From Escherichia coli (lineage in GTDB: Bacteria; Pseudomonadota; Gammaproteobacteria; Enterobacterales; Enterobacteriaceae): a stretch of 64,000 nt of DNA. Position 1 is the stretch's first letter. Every line of letters starts with the position of its first letter. Shown here one piece after another: positions 26,778-49,213 of this stretch. The notes under the pieces were generated by a model. The model had not been told where the DNA came from, searched no databases, and saw only the letters and a program-made list of their open reading frames with translations. The position numbers and the translations under genes are program-made. The stretch lies in assembly GCF_003334765.1 (NCBI RefSeq), contig NZ_QOWT01000007.1; one strand, 5' to 3'.

Positions 26778-28148
26778 ATGTTGAATAATGCTATGAGCGT
26801 AGTGATCCTTGCCGCAGGCAAAGGCACGCGCATGTATTCCGATCTTCCGAAAGTGCTGCATACCCTTGCCGGGAAAGCGATGGTTCAGCATGTCATTGAT
26901 GCTGCGAATGAATTAGGCGCAGCGCACGTTCACCTGGTGTACGGTCACGGCGGCGATCTGCTAAAACAGGCGCTGAAAGACGACAACCTTAACTGGGTGC
27001 TTCAGGCAGAGCAGCTGGGTACGGGTCATGCAATGCAGCAGGCCGCACCTTTCTTTGCCGATGATGAAGACATTTTAATGCTCTACGGCGACGTGCCGCT
27101 GATCTCTGTCGAAACACTCCAGCGTCTGCGTGATGCTAAACCGCAGGGTGGCATTGGTCTGCTGACGGTGAAACTGGATGATCCGACCGGTTATGGACGT
27201 ATCACCCGTGAAAACGGCAAAGTTACCGGCATTGTTGAGCACAAAGATGCCACCGACGAGCAGCGTCAGATTCAGGAGATCAACACCGGCATTCTGATTG
27301 CCAACGGCGCAGATATGAAACGCTGGCTGGCGAAGCTGACCAACAATAATGCTCAGGGCGAATACTACATCACCGACATTATTGCGCTGGCGTATCAGGA
27401 AGGGCGTGAAATCGTCGCCGTTCATCCGCAACGTTTAAGCGAAGTAGAAGGCGTGAATAACCGCCTGCAACTCTCCCGTCTGGAGCGTGTTTATCAGTCC
27501 GAACAGGCTGAAAAACTGCTGTTAGCAGGCGTTATGCTGCGCGATCCAGCGCGTTTTGATCTGCGTGGTACGCTAACTCACGGGCGCGATGTTGAAATTG
27601 ATACTAACGTTATCATCGAGGGCAACGTGACTCTCGGTCATCGCGTGAAAATTGGCACCGGTTGCGTGATTAAAAACAGCGTGATTGGCGATGATTGCGA
27701 AATCAGTCCGTATACCGTTGTGGAAGATGCGAATCTGGCAGCGGCCTGTACCATTGGCCCGTTTGCCCGTTTGCGTCCTGGTGCTGAGTTGCTGGAAGGT
27801 GCTCACGTCGGTAACTTCGTTGAGATGAAAAAAGCGCGTCTGGGTAAAGGCTCGAAAGCTGGTCATCTGACTTACCTGGGCGATGCGGAAATTGGCGATA
27901 ACGTTAACATCGGCGCGGGAACCATTACCTGCAACTACGATGGTGCGAATAAATTTAAGACCATTATCGGCGACGATGTGTTTGTTGGTTCCGACACTCA
28001 GCTGGTGGCCCCGGTAACAGTAGGCAAAGGCGCGACCATTGCTGCGGGTACAACTGTGACGCGTAATGTCGGCGAAAATGCATTAGCTATCAGCCGTGTG
28101 CCGCAGACTCAGAAAGAAGGCTGGCGTCGTCCGGTAAAGAAAAAGTGA
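26778..28148 (+). CDS. glmU: Bifunctional GlcNAc-1-P uridyltransferase / GlcN-1-P acetyltransferase
   Basis: ORF track 456 aa; [28 protein letters not shown]; C-terminal hexapeptide-repeat region. Confidence 0.95.
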   Translation: MLNNAMSVVILAAGKGTRMYSDLPKVLHTLAGKAMVQHVIDAANELGAAHVHLVYGHGGDLLKQALKDDNLNWVLQAEQLGTGHAMQQAAPFFADDEDILMLYGDVPLISVETLQRLRDAKPQGGIGLLTVKLDDPTGYGRITRENGKVTGIVEHKDATDEQRQIQEINTGILIANGADMKRWLAKLTNNNAQGEYYITDIIALAYQEGREIVAVHPQRLSEVEGVNNRLQLSRLERVYQSEQAEKLLLAGVMLRDPARFDLRGTLTHGRDVEIDTNVIIEGNVTLGHRVKIGTGCVIKNSVIGDDCEISPYTVVEDANLAAACTIGPFARLRPGAELLEGAHVGNFVEMKKARLGKGSKAGHLTYLGDAEIGDNVNIGAGTITCNYDGANKFKTIIGDDVFVGSDTQLVAPVTVGKGATIAAGTTVTRNVGENALAISRVPQTQKEGWRRPVKKK

Positions 28149-28309
28149 TTCTGGCCGGCTAACCCGGTCACATGGGATGAGGAGATAACATAATCTCCCT
28201 CCCACAAGCAGTAACTATAAAAATAACCCCACTCTCTACAAGGCTCGGGGCGCCCGAAAAAACGGGCATACAGGTTGACCGACAACGATATAAATCGGAA
28301 TCAAAAACT

Positions 28310-30139
28310 ATGTGTGGAATTGTTGGCGCGATCGCGCAACGTGATGTAGCAGAAATCCTTCTTGAAGGTTTACGTCGTCTGGAATACCGCGGATATGACT
28401 CTGCCGGTCTGGCCGTTGTTGATGCAGAAGGTCATATGACCCGCCTGCGTCGCCTCGGTAAAGTCCAGATGCTGGCACAGGCAGCGGAAGAACATCCTCT
28501 GCATGGCGGCACTGGTATTGCTCACACTCGCTGGGCGACCCACGGTGAACCTTCAGAAGTGAATGCGCATCCGCATGTTTCTGAACACATTGTGGTGGTG
28601 CATAACGGCATCATCGAAAACCATGAACCGCTGCGTGAAGAGCTAAAAGCGCGTGGCTATACCTTCGTTTCTGAAACCGACACCGAAGTGATTGCCCATC
28701 TGGTGAACTGGGAGCTGAAACAAGGCGGGACTCTGCGTGAGGCCGTTCTGCGTGCTATCCCGCAGCTGCGTGGTGCGTACGGTACAGTGATCATGGACTC
28801 CCGTCACCCGGATACCCTGCTGGCGGCACGTTCTGGTAGTCCGCTGGTGATTGGCCTGGGGATGGGCGAAAACTTTATCGCTTCTGACCAGCTGGCGCTG
28901 TTGCCGGTGACCCGTCGCTTTATCTTCCTTGAAGAGGGCGATATTGCGGAAATCACTCGCCGTTCGGTAAACATCTTCGATAAAACTGGCGCGGAAGTAA
29001 AACGTCAGGATATCGAATCCAATCTGCAATATGACGCGGGCGATAAAGGCATTTACCGTCACTACATGCAGAAAGAGATCTACGAACAGCCGAACGCGAT
29101 CAAAAACACCCTTACCGGACGCATCAGCCACGGTCAGGTTGATTTAAGCGAGCTGGGACCGAACGCCGACGAACTGCTGTCGAAGGTTGAGCATATTCAG
29201 ATCCTCGCCTGTGGTACTTCTTATAACTCCGGTATGGTTTCCCGCTACTGGTTTGAATCGCTAGCAGGTATTCCGTGCGACGTCGAAATCGCCTCTGAAT
29301 TCCGCTATCGCAAATCTGCCGTGCGTCGTAACAGCCTGATGATCACCTTGTCACAGTCTGGCGAAACCGCGGATACCCTGGCTGGCCTGCGTCTGTCGAA
29401 AGAGCTGGGTTACCTTGGTTCACTGGCAATCTGTAACGTTCCGGGTTCTTCTCTGGTGCGCGAATCCGATCTGGCGCTAATGACCAACGCGGGTACAGAA
29501 ATCGGCGTGGCATCCACTAAAGCATTCACCACTCAGTTAACTGTGCTGTTGATGCTGGTGGCGAAGCTGTCTCGCCTGAAAGGTCTGGATGCCTCCATTG
29601 AACATGACATCGTGCATGGTCTGCAGGCGCTGCCGAGCCGTATTGAGCAGATGCTGTCTCAGGACAAACGCATTGAAGCGCTGGCAGAAGATTTCTCTGA
29701 CAAACATCACGCGCTGTTCCTGGGCCGTGGCGATCAGTACCCAATCGCGCTGGAAGGCGCATTGAAGTTGAAAGAGATCTCTTACATTCACGCTGAAGCC
29801 TACGCTGCTGGCGAACTGAAACACGGTCCGCTGGCGCTAATTGATGCCGATATGCCGGTTATTGTTGTTGCACCGAACAACGAATTGCTGGAAAAACTGA
29901 AATCCAACATTGAAGAAGTTCGCGCGCGTGGCGGTCAGTTGTATGTCTTCGCCGATCAGGATGCGGGTTTTGTAAGTAGCGATAACATGCACATCATCGA
30001 GATGCCGCATGTGGAAGAGGTGATTGCACCGATCTTCTACACCGTTCCGCTGCAGCTGCTGGCTTACCATGTCGCGCTGATCAAAGGCACCGACGTTGAC
30101 CAGCCGCGTAACCTGGCAAAATCGGTTACGGTTGAGTAA
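28310..30139 (+). CDS. glmS: Glutamine--fructose-6-phosphate aminotransferase
   Basis: ORF track 609 aa; N-terminal MCGIVGAI (Ntn Cys2) and two SIS domains. Confidence 0.97.
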   Translation: MCGIVGAIAQRDVAEILLEGLRRLEYRGYDSAGLAVVDAEGHMTRLRRLGKVQMLAQAAEEHPLHGGTGIAHTRWATHGEPSEVNAHPHVSEHIVVVHNGIIENHEPLREELKARGYTFVSETDTEVIAHLVNWELKQGGTLREAVLRAIPQLRGAYGTVIMDSRHPDTLLAARSGSPLVIGLGMGENFIASDQLALLPVTRRFIFLEEGDIAEITRRSVNIFDKTGAEVKRQDIESNLQYDAGDKGIYRHYMQKEIYEQPNAIKNTLTGRISHGQVDLSELGPNADELLSKVEHIQILACGTSYNSGMVSRYWFESLAGIPCDVEIASEFRYRKSAVRRNSLMITLSQSGETADTLAGLRLSKELGYLGSLAICNVPGSSLVRESDLALMTNAGTEIGVASTKAFTTQLTVLLMLVAKLSRLKGLDASIEHDIVHGLQALPSRIEQMLSQDKRIEALAEDFSDKHHALFLGRGDQYPIALEGALKLKEISYIHAEAYAAGELKHGPLALIDADMPVIVVAPNNELLEKLKSNIEEVRARGGQLYVFADQDAGFVSSDNMHIIEMPHVEEVIAPIFYTVPLQLLAYHVALIKGTDVDQPRNLAKSVTVE

Positions 30140-30165
30140 TAAATGGATGCCCTGCGTAAGCGGGG
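30104..30165. other. attTn7 (unoccupied): TnsD recognition region in the glmS 3' end plus insertion point about 23-25 bp past the stop
   Basis: Established positional relationship of attTn7 to the glmS C-terminal codons; the glmS-pstS spacer (30140-30452) contains only a terminator and the pstS promoter, with no Tn7 ends or tns genes. Confidence 0.6.
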
Positions 30166-30175
30166 CATTTTTCTT
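30146..30175 (+). terminator. glmS Rho-independent terminator
   Basis: Hairpin ATGCCC-loop-GGGCAT followed by TTTTTCTT directly after the glmS stop (30137-30139). Confidence 0.8.
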
Positions 30176-30346
30176 CCTGTTATGTTTTTAATCAAACATC
30201 CTGCCAACTCCATGTGACAAACCGTCATCTTCGGCTACTTTTTCTCTGTCACAGAATGAAAATTTTTCTGTCATCTCTTCGTTATTAATGTTTGTAATTG
30301 ACTGAATATCAACGCTTATTTAAATCAGACTGAAGACTTTATCTCT

Positions 30347-30386
30347 CTGTCATAAAACTGTCATATTCCTTACATATAACTGTCAC
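30347..30386 (+). promoter_or_regulatory. Tandem Pho boxes (PhoB binding sites) of the pstS promoter
   Basis: CTGTCATAAAACTGTCAT and TTACATATAACTGTCAC: direct repeats of the CTGTCAT-type 7-mer with 4-bp spacers, about 65-105 bp upstream of the pstS ATG. Confidence 0.85.
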
Positions 30387-30434
30387 CTGTTTGTCCTATT
30401 TTGCTTCTCGTAGCCAACAAACAATGCTTTATGA

Positions 30435-31493
<1,059 letters not shown>

Positions 31494-31576
31494 TAAAACT
31501 CCAGGCCGGGTACGGTGTTTTACGCCGCATCCGGCATTACAAAATGACTTTGTAAACGCGTTTAACTGAAGAGTAA

Positions 31577-33429
<1,853 letters not shown>

Positions 33430-33448
33430 TATTGCTGACACGGTTTTC

Positions 33449-33486
33449 CCCTCACCCTAACCCTCTCCCCAGAGGGGCGAGGGGAC
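33449..33486. repeat. GC-rich imperfect palindromic extragenic repeat (family not assigned)
   Basis: CCCTCACCCTAACCCTCTCCCCAGAGGGGCGAGGGGAC: C-tracts mirrored by G-tracts around AGAGG; intergenic between pstA and pstB. Confidence 0.5.
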
Positions 33487-33527
33487 CGACCGAGCGCCTT
33501 TTTGACTCTGTACACGGTTAACACTTT

Positions 33528-33561
33528 GCCGGATGCGGCGTGAACGCCTGATCCGGCCTAC
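33528..33561. repeat. REP element (repetitive extragenic palindrome)
   Basis: GCCGGATGCGGCGTGAACGCCTGATCCGGCCTAC matches the E. coli REP consensus (GCCGGATGCGGCGT...GCCT.ATCCGGCCTAC). Confidence 0.85.
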
Positions 33562-33572
33562 GGTAAGCCTGA

Positions 33573-34385
<813 letters not shown>

Positions 34386-34399
34386 TTCAGGAGTGCGTT

Positions 34400-35125
34400 A
34401 TGGACAGTCTCAATCTTAATAAACATATTTCCGGCCAGTTCAACGCCGAACTGGAAAGTATCCGCACGCAGGTGATGACCATGGGCGGCATGGTGGAGCA
34501 GCAGCTTTCTGATGCAATCACCGCGATGCATAACCAGGACAGCGATCTGGCGAAGCGCGTCATCGAAGGCGACAAGAACGTCAACATGATGGAAGTGGCG
34601 ATCGATGAAGCCTGCGTGCGCATTATCGCCAAACGTCAGCCGACGGCGAGCGACCTGCGACTGGTTATGGTGATCAGTAAAACCATTGCCGAGCTGGAGC
34701 GTATTGGCGACGTGGCGGACAAAATCTGCCGTACTGCGCTGGAGAAATTCTCCCAGCAGCATCAGCCGTTGCTGGTAAGTCTGGAGTCGCTGGGCCGTCA
34801 TACCATCCAGATGCTGCACGACGTGCTGGACGCGTTCGCGCGGATGGACATTGACGAAGCGGTACGTATTTATCGTGAAGATAAAAAAGTCGATCAGGAA
34901 TACGAAGGTATTGTTCGTCAACTGATGACCTACATGATGGAAGATTCGCGTACCATTCCGAGCGTACTTACTGCGCTGTTCTGCGCGCGTTCTATCGAAC
35001 GTATTGGCGACCGCTGCCAGAATATTTGTGAGTTTATCTTCTACTACGTGAAGGGGCAGGATTTCCGTCACGTCGGTGGCGATGAGCTGGATAAACTGCT
35101 GGCGGGGAAAGATAGCGACAAATAA
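34400..35125 (+). CDS. phoU: Phosphate signalling regulator PhoU
   Basis: ORF track 34382..35125; start placed at [22 protein letters not shown] (241 aa). Confidence 0.93.
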   Translation: MDSLNLNKHISGQFNAELESIRTQVMTMGGMVEQQLSDAITAMHNQDSDLAKRVIEGDKNVNMMEVAIDEACVRIIAKRQPTASDLRLVMVISKTIAELERIGDVADKICRTALEKFSQQHQPLLVSLESLGRHTIQMLHDVLDAFARMDIDEAVRIYREDKKVDQEYEGIVRQLMTYMMEDSRTIPSVLTALFCARSIERIGDRCQNICEFIFYYVKGQDFRHVGGDELDKLLAGKDSDK

Positions 35126-35133
35126 TTCACCAG

Positions 35134-35170
35134 ACAAATCCCAATAACTTAATTATTGGGATTTGTTATA
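35134..35170 (+). terminator. pst-phoU operon terminator
   Basis: 14-bp perfect stem ACAAATCCCAATAA / TTATTGGGATTTGT with 4-nt loop, followed by a T/A-rich run. Confidence 0.8.
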
Positions 35171-35211
35171 TATAACTTTATAAATTCCTAAAATTACACA
35201 AAGTTAATAAC

Positions 35212-35227
35212 TGCGAGCATGGTCATA
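35212..35227. promoter_or_regulatory. Candidate CRP site in the cryptic bgl promoter region
   Basis: TGCGAGCATGGTCATA resembles TGTGA-N6-TCACA; set in a very AT-rich tract (35140-35320) typical of the H-NS-silenced bgl control region. Confidence 0.5.
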
Positions 35228-35320
35228 TTTTTATCAATAGCGCATTGCTATTTTCTCTGCACGCAATTAAATTAATTTCCGAACCTGGATGTTCGTTATA
35301 AAAACCATTAATAAATGACT

Positions 35321-44004
<8,684 letters not shown>

Positions 44005-44472
44005 TTAACTTAAAGAGTCTGTTTCAGGACATGAAATATCCAATCCGGGTAGACGGGTAATGATTCTGCTCATCACCACACCTGCCAGCAATGCAGGAAT
44101 GATGCGGACAACGAGACTGTCACCAGAAAGAATGTTTTCAAACAACTCCGAGGAAGCCATGCCCTTAATATGTACAATAACTGCACAATAGATCTCGGTG
44201 ATAACGACGCCACCTATGCCACCAGCCAGACAACGATAACGTTTCTGTGACCCGATCTTTTCCGGCAGACAGGCAACCATTACACCGGTTAACAACGCAG
44301 GAATAGCTCCCGTAGTTATCGACAATAAGAGAAAAATTGGATGTATTATCACCCAAAGAACCAGCGGTTCTTTTGCGAAGAATATGTAGAGGACAAGAAA
44401 CAGAACACCAATTAACGGTCCTAAAACTGCAAAATAAAGTCCGTGATGTATTACCCGACGTGAAACAGACAT
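44005..44472 (-). CDS. cbrB: Inner-membrane protein CbrB (YieI)
   Basis: ORF track 155 aa; four predicted TM helices. Confidence 0.85.
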   Translation of the reverse strand: MSVSRRVIHHGLYFAVLGPLIGVLFLVLYIFFAKEPLVLWVIIHPIFLLLSITTGAIPALLTGVMVACLPEKIGSQKRYRCLAGGIGGVVITEIYCAVIVHIKGMASSELFENILSGDSLVVRIIPALLAGVVMSRIITRLPGLDISCPETDSLS

Positions 44473-44538
44473 ATCAAACTCCCTTTACTTACCTTTGAGC
44501 GCCAATTTAAGCGGGGTAAGTGAAGGGAGTGTGAAGAA

Positions 44539-45204
44539 CTATGCCGTAATATCCCAACCACGCGCTTTCCACAGTTCAGGTAACTGCGAAAGATGGGTAA
44601 AGGTGGTGACTTTCGGGTGAACGATCGGCTTATTGTGCGGGTCGGCGCAGAAGTAGAACACTTCCATACCTGCGTCGATACCAGATTGTGCACCGGCAAC
44701 TGAGTCATCAACCAGAATGCAGTTTTCTACATTTACATTCATCGCTTTTGCCGCATGGAACATTAACGCCGGGTCTGGCTTCCAGCGCTGAATATCGTAG
44801 CCGCTGAACAGTTTATCCGGGAAGTAGTGCAACATATTCAGCTTGCCCATAGAATGCTGCATTTTGTTATTTGGGCCGTTAGATACCACACACATTGGCG
44901 CAGTGATCGCTGACAGGAGCGCTCCAGCCCCTTCGATGGCTTCCAGTTCTGAATCGAACAGCCGAGCGACTTCTGCACGGTAAACGTGTTCAGCTTCTGT
45001 TTTCGCTAACGTAACACCATGTTCAAGGGAAACAATATCGATAATTTCGTACAGTTTTACACCTTTGAAACGTTTGAATACCTCTTCAGGATCGAGCGTA
45101 ATACCAAATTCCTGAAACATCGTTACATATGCGCGAGAGCAAATGACTTCACTGTCGACCAGCGTACCGTCGCAGTCGAAAAATACCGCTTCTATCCGGG
45201 ACAT
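44539..45204 (-). CDS. yieH: HAD-superfamily sugar phosphatase
   Basis: ORF track 221 aa; HAD motif I FFDCDGTLVDSE. Confidence 0.9.
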   Translation of the reverse strand: MSRIEAVFFDCDGTLVDSEVICSRAYVTMFQEFGITLDPEEVFKRFKGVKLYEIIDIVSLEHGVTLAKTEAEHVYRAEVARLFDSELEAIEGAGALLSAITAPMCVVSNGPNNKMQHSMGKLNMLHYFPDKLFSGYDIQRWKPDPALMFHAAKAMNVNVENCILVDDSVAGAQSGIDAGMEVFYFCADPHNKPIVHPKVTTFTHLSQLPELWKARGWDITA

Positions 45205-45368
45205 GCCTTTCCTTTTTAATCAGTTTAACGTTTTCGTAGAGCCGATTTGCGCAACGCAATCGTTGCCGTATAAGTAAATCCAATAAAAAAGTCTCTCACA
45301 AACGCGCCTATTGTCGCATTTTGGTATACGATAGCGACGGATTTTCCCTCCTTGTTCGGAAATAGATA

Positions 45369-46706
45369 ATGAGTCATCAACATACCACCCAGACTTCTGG
45401 TCAGGGGATGCTGGAACGCGTGTTTAAACTGCGCGAACATGGCACGACGGCACGGACCGAAGTGATCGCCGGTTTTACCACCTTCCTGACGATGGTTTAC
45501 ATCGTTTTTGTTAACCCGCAAATTCTTGGCGTTGCTGGCATGGATACCAGCGCCGTCTTCGTCACTACCTGTCTGATCGCTGCATTCGGCAGTATTATGA
45601 TGGGACTGTTTGCTAACCTGCCAGTTGCACTGGCACCCGCTATGGGCCTGAATGCGTTCTTCGCTTTTGTCGTTGTACAGGCGATGGGCTTGCCGTGGCA
45701 GGTCGGGATGGGCGCAATCTTCTGGGGCGCGATAGGTCTGCTGTTACTGACGATTTTCCGCGTTCGCTACTGGATGATAGCCAACATTCCGGTGAGTCTG
45801 CGTGTGGGTATTACCAGCGGTATCGGTCTGTTCATTGGCATGATGGGGCTGAAAAACGCAGGTGTGATTGTCGCTAACCCGGAAACGCTGGTGAGCATCG
45901 GTAATCTGACTTCTCACAGCGTACTTCTGGGTATCCTCGGCTTCTTCATCATTGCTATTCTGGCCTCGCGCAACATTCACGCAGCGGTGCTGGTTTCTAT
46001 CGTGGTGACGACGCTGCTGGGCTGGATGCTGGGTGATGTGCACTACAATGGCATCGTTTCTGCGCCGCCGAGCGTAATGACAGTTGTGGGTCATGTAGAT
46101 TTAGCCGGGTCGTTTAACCTCGGGCTGGCAGGGGTGATTTTCTCTTTCATGTTGGTCAACTTGTTTGACTCCTCCGGTACGCTGATTGGCGTGACCGATA
46201 AAGCAGGTCTGGCGGATGAGAAGGGGAAATTCCCGCGCATGAAGCAGGCGCTGTATGTCGACAGTATCTCTTCCGTGACCGGTTCGTTTATCGGTACTTC
46301 TTCCGTTACGGCTTATATTGAGTCCTCTTCCGGCGTATCGGTTGGCGGTCGTACCGGTCTGACGGCAGTGGTTGTTGGTCTGCTGTTCCTGCTGGTTATC
46401 TTTCTGTCGCCGCTGGCGGGGATGGTGCCAGGCTACGCTGCAGCTGGTGCGCTGATTTACGTTGGCGTGCTGATGACTTCCAGTCTGGCACGCGTGAACT
46501 GGCAGGATCTTACTGAATCTGTTCCGGCGTTTATTACCGCCGTGATGATGCCGTTCAGCTTCTCGATTACCGAAGGTATCGCGCTGGGCTTTATCTCCTA
46601 CTGCGTGATGAAAATCGGTACCGGACGTCTGCGTGATCTAAGCCCGTGCGTAATCATCGTTGCGCTGCTGTTTATCCTGAAGATTGTCTTTATCGACGCT
46701 CACTAA
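45369..46706 (+). CDS. adeP: Adenine permease (NCS2/AzgA family)
   Basis: ORF track 445 aa; MSHQHTTQTSGQGMLERVFKLREHGTTARTE. Confidence 0.9.
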   Translation: MSHQHTTQTSGQGMLERVFKLREHGTTARTEVIAGFTTFLTMVYIVFVNPQILGVAGMDTSAVFVTTCLIAAFGSIMMGLFANLPVALAPAMGLNAFFAFVVVQAMGLPWQVGMGAIFWGAIGLLLLTIFRVRYWMIANIPVSLRVGITSGIGLFIGMMGLKNAGVIVANPETLVSIGNLTSHSVLLGILGFFIIAILASRNIHAAVLVSIVVTTLLGWMLGDVHYNGIVSAPPSVMTVVGHVDLAGSFNLGLAGVIFSFMLVNLFDSSGTLIGVTDKAGLADEKGKFPRMKQALYVDSISSVTGSFIGTSSVTAYIESSSGVSVGGRTGLTAVVVGLLFLLVIFLSPLAGMVPGYAAAGALIYVGVLMTSSLARVNWQDLTESVPAFITAVMMPFSFSITEGIALGFISYCVMKIGTGRLRDLSPCVIIVALLFILKIVFIDAH

Positions 46707-46759
46707 AATCGATAGCGCGTTAAAAACCCGCCATGCATGATTGCTGGCGGGTTTTTTAT

Positions 46760-47326
46760 TTAGATCTTAACTCGCTGAATAAACTCACCAAATGCGGTCA
46801 ATTGCCCGGTCAGGTGGTCCAGCGTACCCTGATCAATCACTTCTCCGGTTTGCGGATCAACTTTGTTCTGAATCACGCCGCCCATAAATTCCGGCTTGTT
46901 CATCACCATTGCATCGAGGAAAACCAGAATCTGGCGCAGGTGATACTGACAGCGCGCGCCGCCAATCACGCCCATTGAGCTGGTCTGAATCAATACCGGT
47001 TTACCGGCCAGCGGTTGATCCGGCAGGCGGGAAAGCCAGTCGATGGCATTTTTCAGCCCACCCGGTACCGAGTAGTTATATTCCGGCGTGACGATCACCA
47101 CACCGTCAGCCTGACGGATCTGTTCCGCCAGAGCTTCAACCGTTGCTGGAAAACCTTCTTCCTGCTGTACGTCAGCGTCATACAAGGGAATGTCGGCAAT
47201 GGATGGTAACGCATTGACTTCCATGCTCGCCGGAGCAATTTTCGGCAGGGTACGTGCAACCATGCCATTAAATGAGCCTTTGCGCAGGCTCCCCAGTAAC
47301 GTAACCACCTGCAATTTTTCAGACAT
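46760..47326 (-). CDS. chrR: NAD(P)H-dependent FMN reductase / chromate reductase
   Basis: ORF track 188 aa; MSEKLQVVTLLGSLRKGSFN (flavodoxin-like NADPH-FMN reductase fold). Confidence 0.9.
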   Translation of the reverse strand: MSEKLQVVTLLGSLRKGSFNGMVARTLPKIAPASMEVNALPSIADIPLYDADVQQEEGFPATVEALAEQIRQADGVVIVTPEYNYSVPGGLKNAIDWLSRLPDQPLAGKPVLIQTSSMGVIGGARCQYHLRQILVFLDAMVMNKPEFMGGVIQNKVDPQTGEVIDQGTLDHLTGQLTAFGEFIQRVKI

Positions 47327-47347
47327 GATGACTCCTGTGGTTGTCTA

Positions 47348-48109
47348 TCAATTTGGCGAAAAAGCCTTCACGGTAGAGAGTTGGGCAAAACGCATCATCC
47401 GGCTGGTAGGATTGTTGGCGCGGCTGTGAATATCCGGCAGGCTTTTCCAGCCGTGTTTGCCATCTAACTCCCAGACACTGAGCTTTTCAATCGTGGGCGT
47501 GACCGCCACGGACCACACCAGCACGTCTTCCGCGTCGCATAACGCTTCTACATGATTTACATGAGCACATTTCAGGCGTCCGGCAATGGGCAGCAGCTGC
47601 AGATCGCGCGGATCGTCATTCAAAACATCACCGGTTAGTTTTAGCACGCTTCGGCGCAGCGTGATGAGCTGCGCCCGCGCTTCGTTAGGATCGTTTTGTT
47701 TACTGATCCATAGCGATTCATTGCTGGAAAAGGTGTGGTTATCGGGCGCGTGTGGGCTATGAAACCCGCGCGTCGCACGCTGTAGTTCCATATCGAGGCC
47801 ACATTCACCTTCGGTTGTTAACGCCACGCCAACCATATTCCCGGCATAGGAAATGGAAAACGAAGGCAAATTTTTATCACTGAAAACCGGTTTACCTTTC
47901 GGCAGGGTGACGATTTCCGGCAATTCGCCAATGCCATACAGCATGAACATCAGTTCTGCGAGTAAACCTCTGGACGCCAGAAAACGGCTTTGACGATGAG
48001 GGGGAATGTTTCGGGCTTCTTGATGACACTGGGAGGGGAGACGAACAGAAATCAGATGTCCTTCCGTTAAAATCCCTCGGGCAAAGTGAGTCGCCATTTT
48101 TCGCTCCAT
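47348..48109 (-). CDS. yieE: Putative phosphopantetheinyl-transferase-like protein
   Basis: ORF track 253 aa; a second in-frame ATG at 48097 (MATHFARG) has a GGAG 9 nt upstream and may be the true start; 22-nt gap to chrR suggests co-transcription. Confidence 0.8.
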   Translation of the reverse strand: MERKMATHFARGILTEGHLISVRLPSQCHQEARNIPPHRQSRFLASRGLLAELMFMLYGIGELPEIVTLPKGKPVFSDKNLPSFSISYAGNMVGVALTTEGECGLDMELQRATRGFHSPHAPDNHTFSSNESLWISKQNDPNEARAQLITLRRSVLKLTGDVLNDDPRDLQLLPIAGRLKCAHVNHVEALCDAEDVLVWSVAVTPTIEKLSVWELDGKHGWKSLPDIHSRANNPTSRMMRFAQLSTVKAFSPN

Positions 48110-48253
48110 GCTTAATGGTCCATTATGAATACAAGAGTAATCATTTACTGGAATGATGGACAGACTAAAGCGGCTAAAAGTTCGATTCAGACAAGCTTAT
48201 TACAACTTTTTTACATTTTATTGTGAAATTGGGTCGCGTTTCATACGATTCGG

Positions 48254-49213
48254 TTATGCCATCGACGCGTAAAGGTTTTTAATGGTTTCCCGTAACCAGA
48301 CGATCTTCGGATTATGGCTGTTCCGTTTATGCCACAGCAGGGTAAAAGGAACTTCCAGCTTTTTTTGCTGGCTTTCGTCAAACGGGAGAGGAAGAGCAAC
48401 CAACGGCAGTTGATGGAGTTGATTGTAGTACTGACAGTAGCGCGGCGCGGTCGCCAGTAGCAGATTGTCGGGTTGCGCTGCCATAAACAGTGACTGCTCG
48501 AATTCCGGCAGGCTCATAGCAATCGTGCGTTCGCGTCCCAGCTCCTGTAACACATTGTCCAGCGCCCAGGTATCGCTCTGTTCCCAGCAAATGCTGATAT
48601 GCGGATAACGTAAGAAGGTGTCCAGATTCCACGTTTGATGCAGTGCCGGATGATCTTTGCGTAACCAGACGCAGGGCACATCACTAAACAGCACTTCATA
48701 ATCAATGGCTAACGGTAGCGAGCTTAACAGCTCCCGCGAGCGAGGATGGCTTTCGCGACCGGAAAAACCGATATCCACTTCACCACGAGTAATGGCATCT
48801 AAGGAATCGTAATCCCAGTTACGTAATTTGATGGTCGCCTGCGGGTAACGTTGGTAGATCTGTTTCGACAGCGCATTAAGCATGATCATCATCAGCGGTG
48901 ATTCCGCCGCCAGCTCAAACTTCAGGCCGCGCGGTGTCTGGTGGTGCGGTTTATCCAGCAGCAGGTTGCTCATTTGCATCCACTCCGCCAGATTTTGCTC
49001 CATGCTGACCATCAGCGGTGTGGGCGACAGACCCAGCGGTGAGTTCACAAAGAGCGGGTCGTCAAACCACGCTCTTAACTTTGCCAGCGACTTACTCACC
49101 GCCGAAGGTGTCACGTTTATCCGCTTCGCCGCTTTGGTTACGCTGCGCTCCTGCATCAGCAGTTGCAGACAAAGCAGCAGATTGAGATCAAGCGTGGTGA
49201 TGGATTTCTTCAT
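48254..49213 (-). CDS. yidZ: LysR-family transcriptional regulator
   Basis: ORF track 48254..49222; start placed at [29 protein letters not shown] (319 aa); HTH then LysR substrate-binding domain. Confidence 0.88.
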
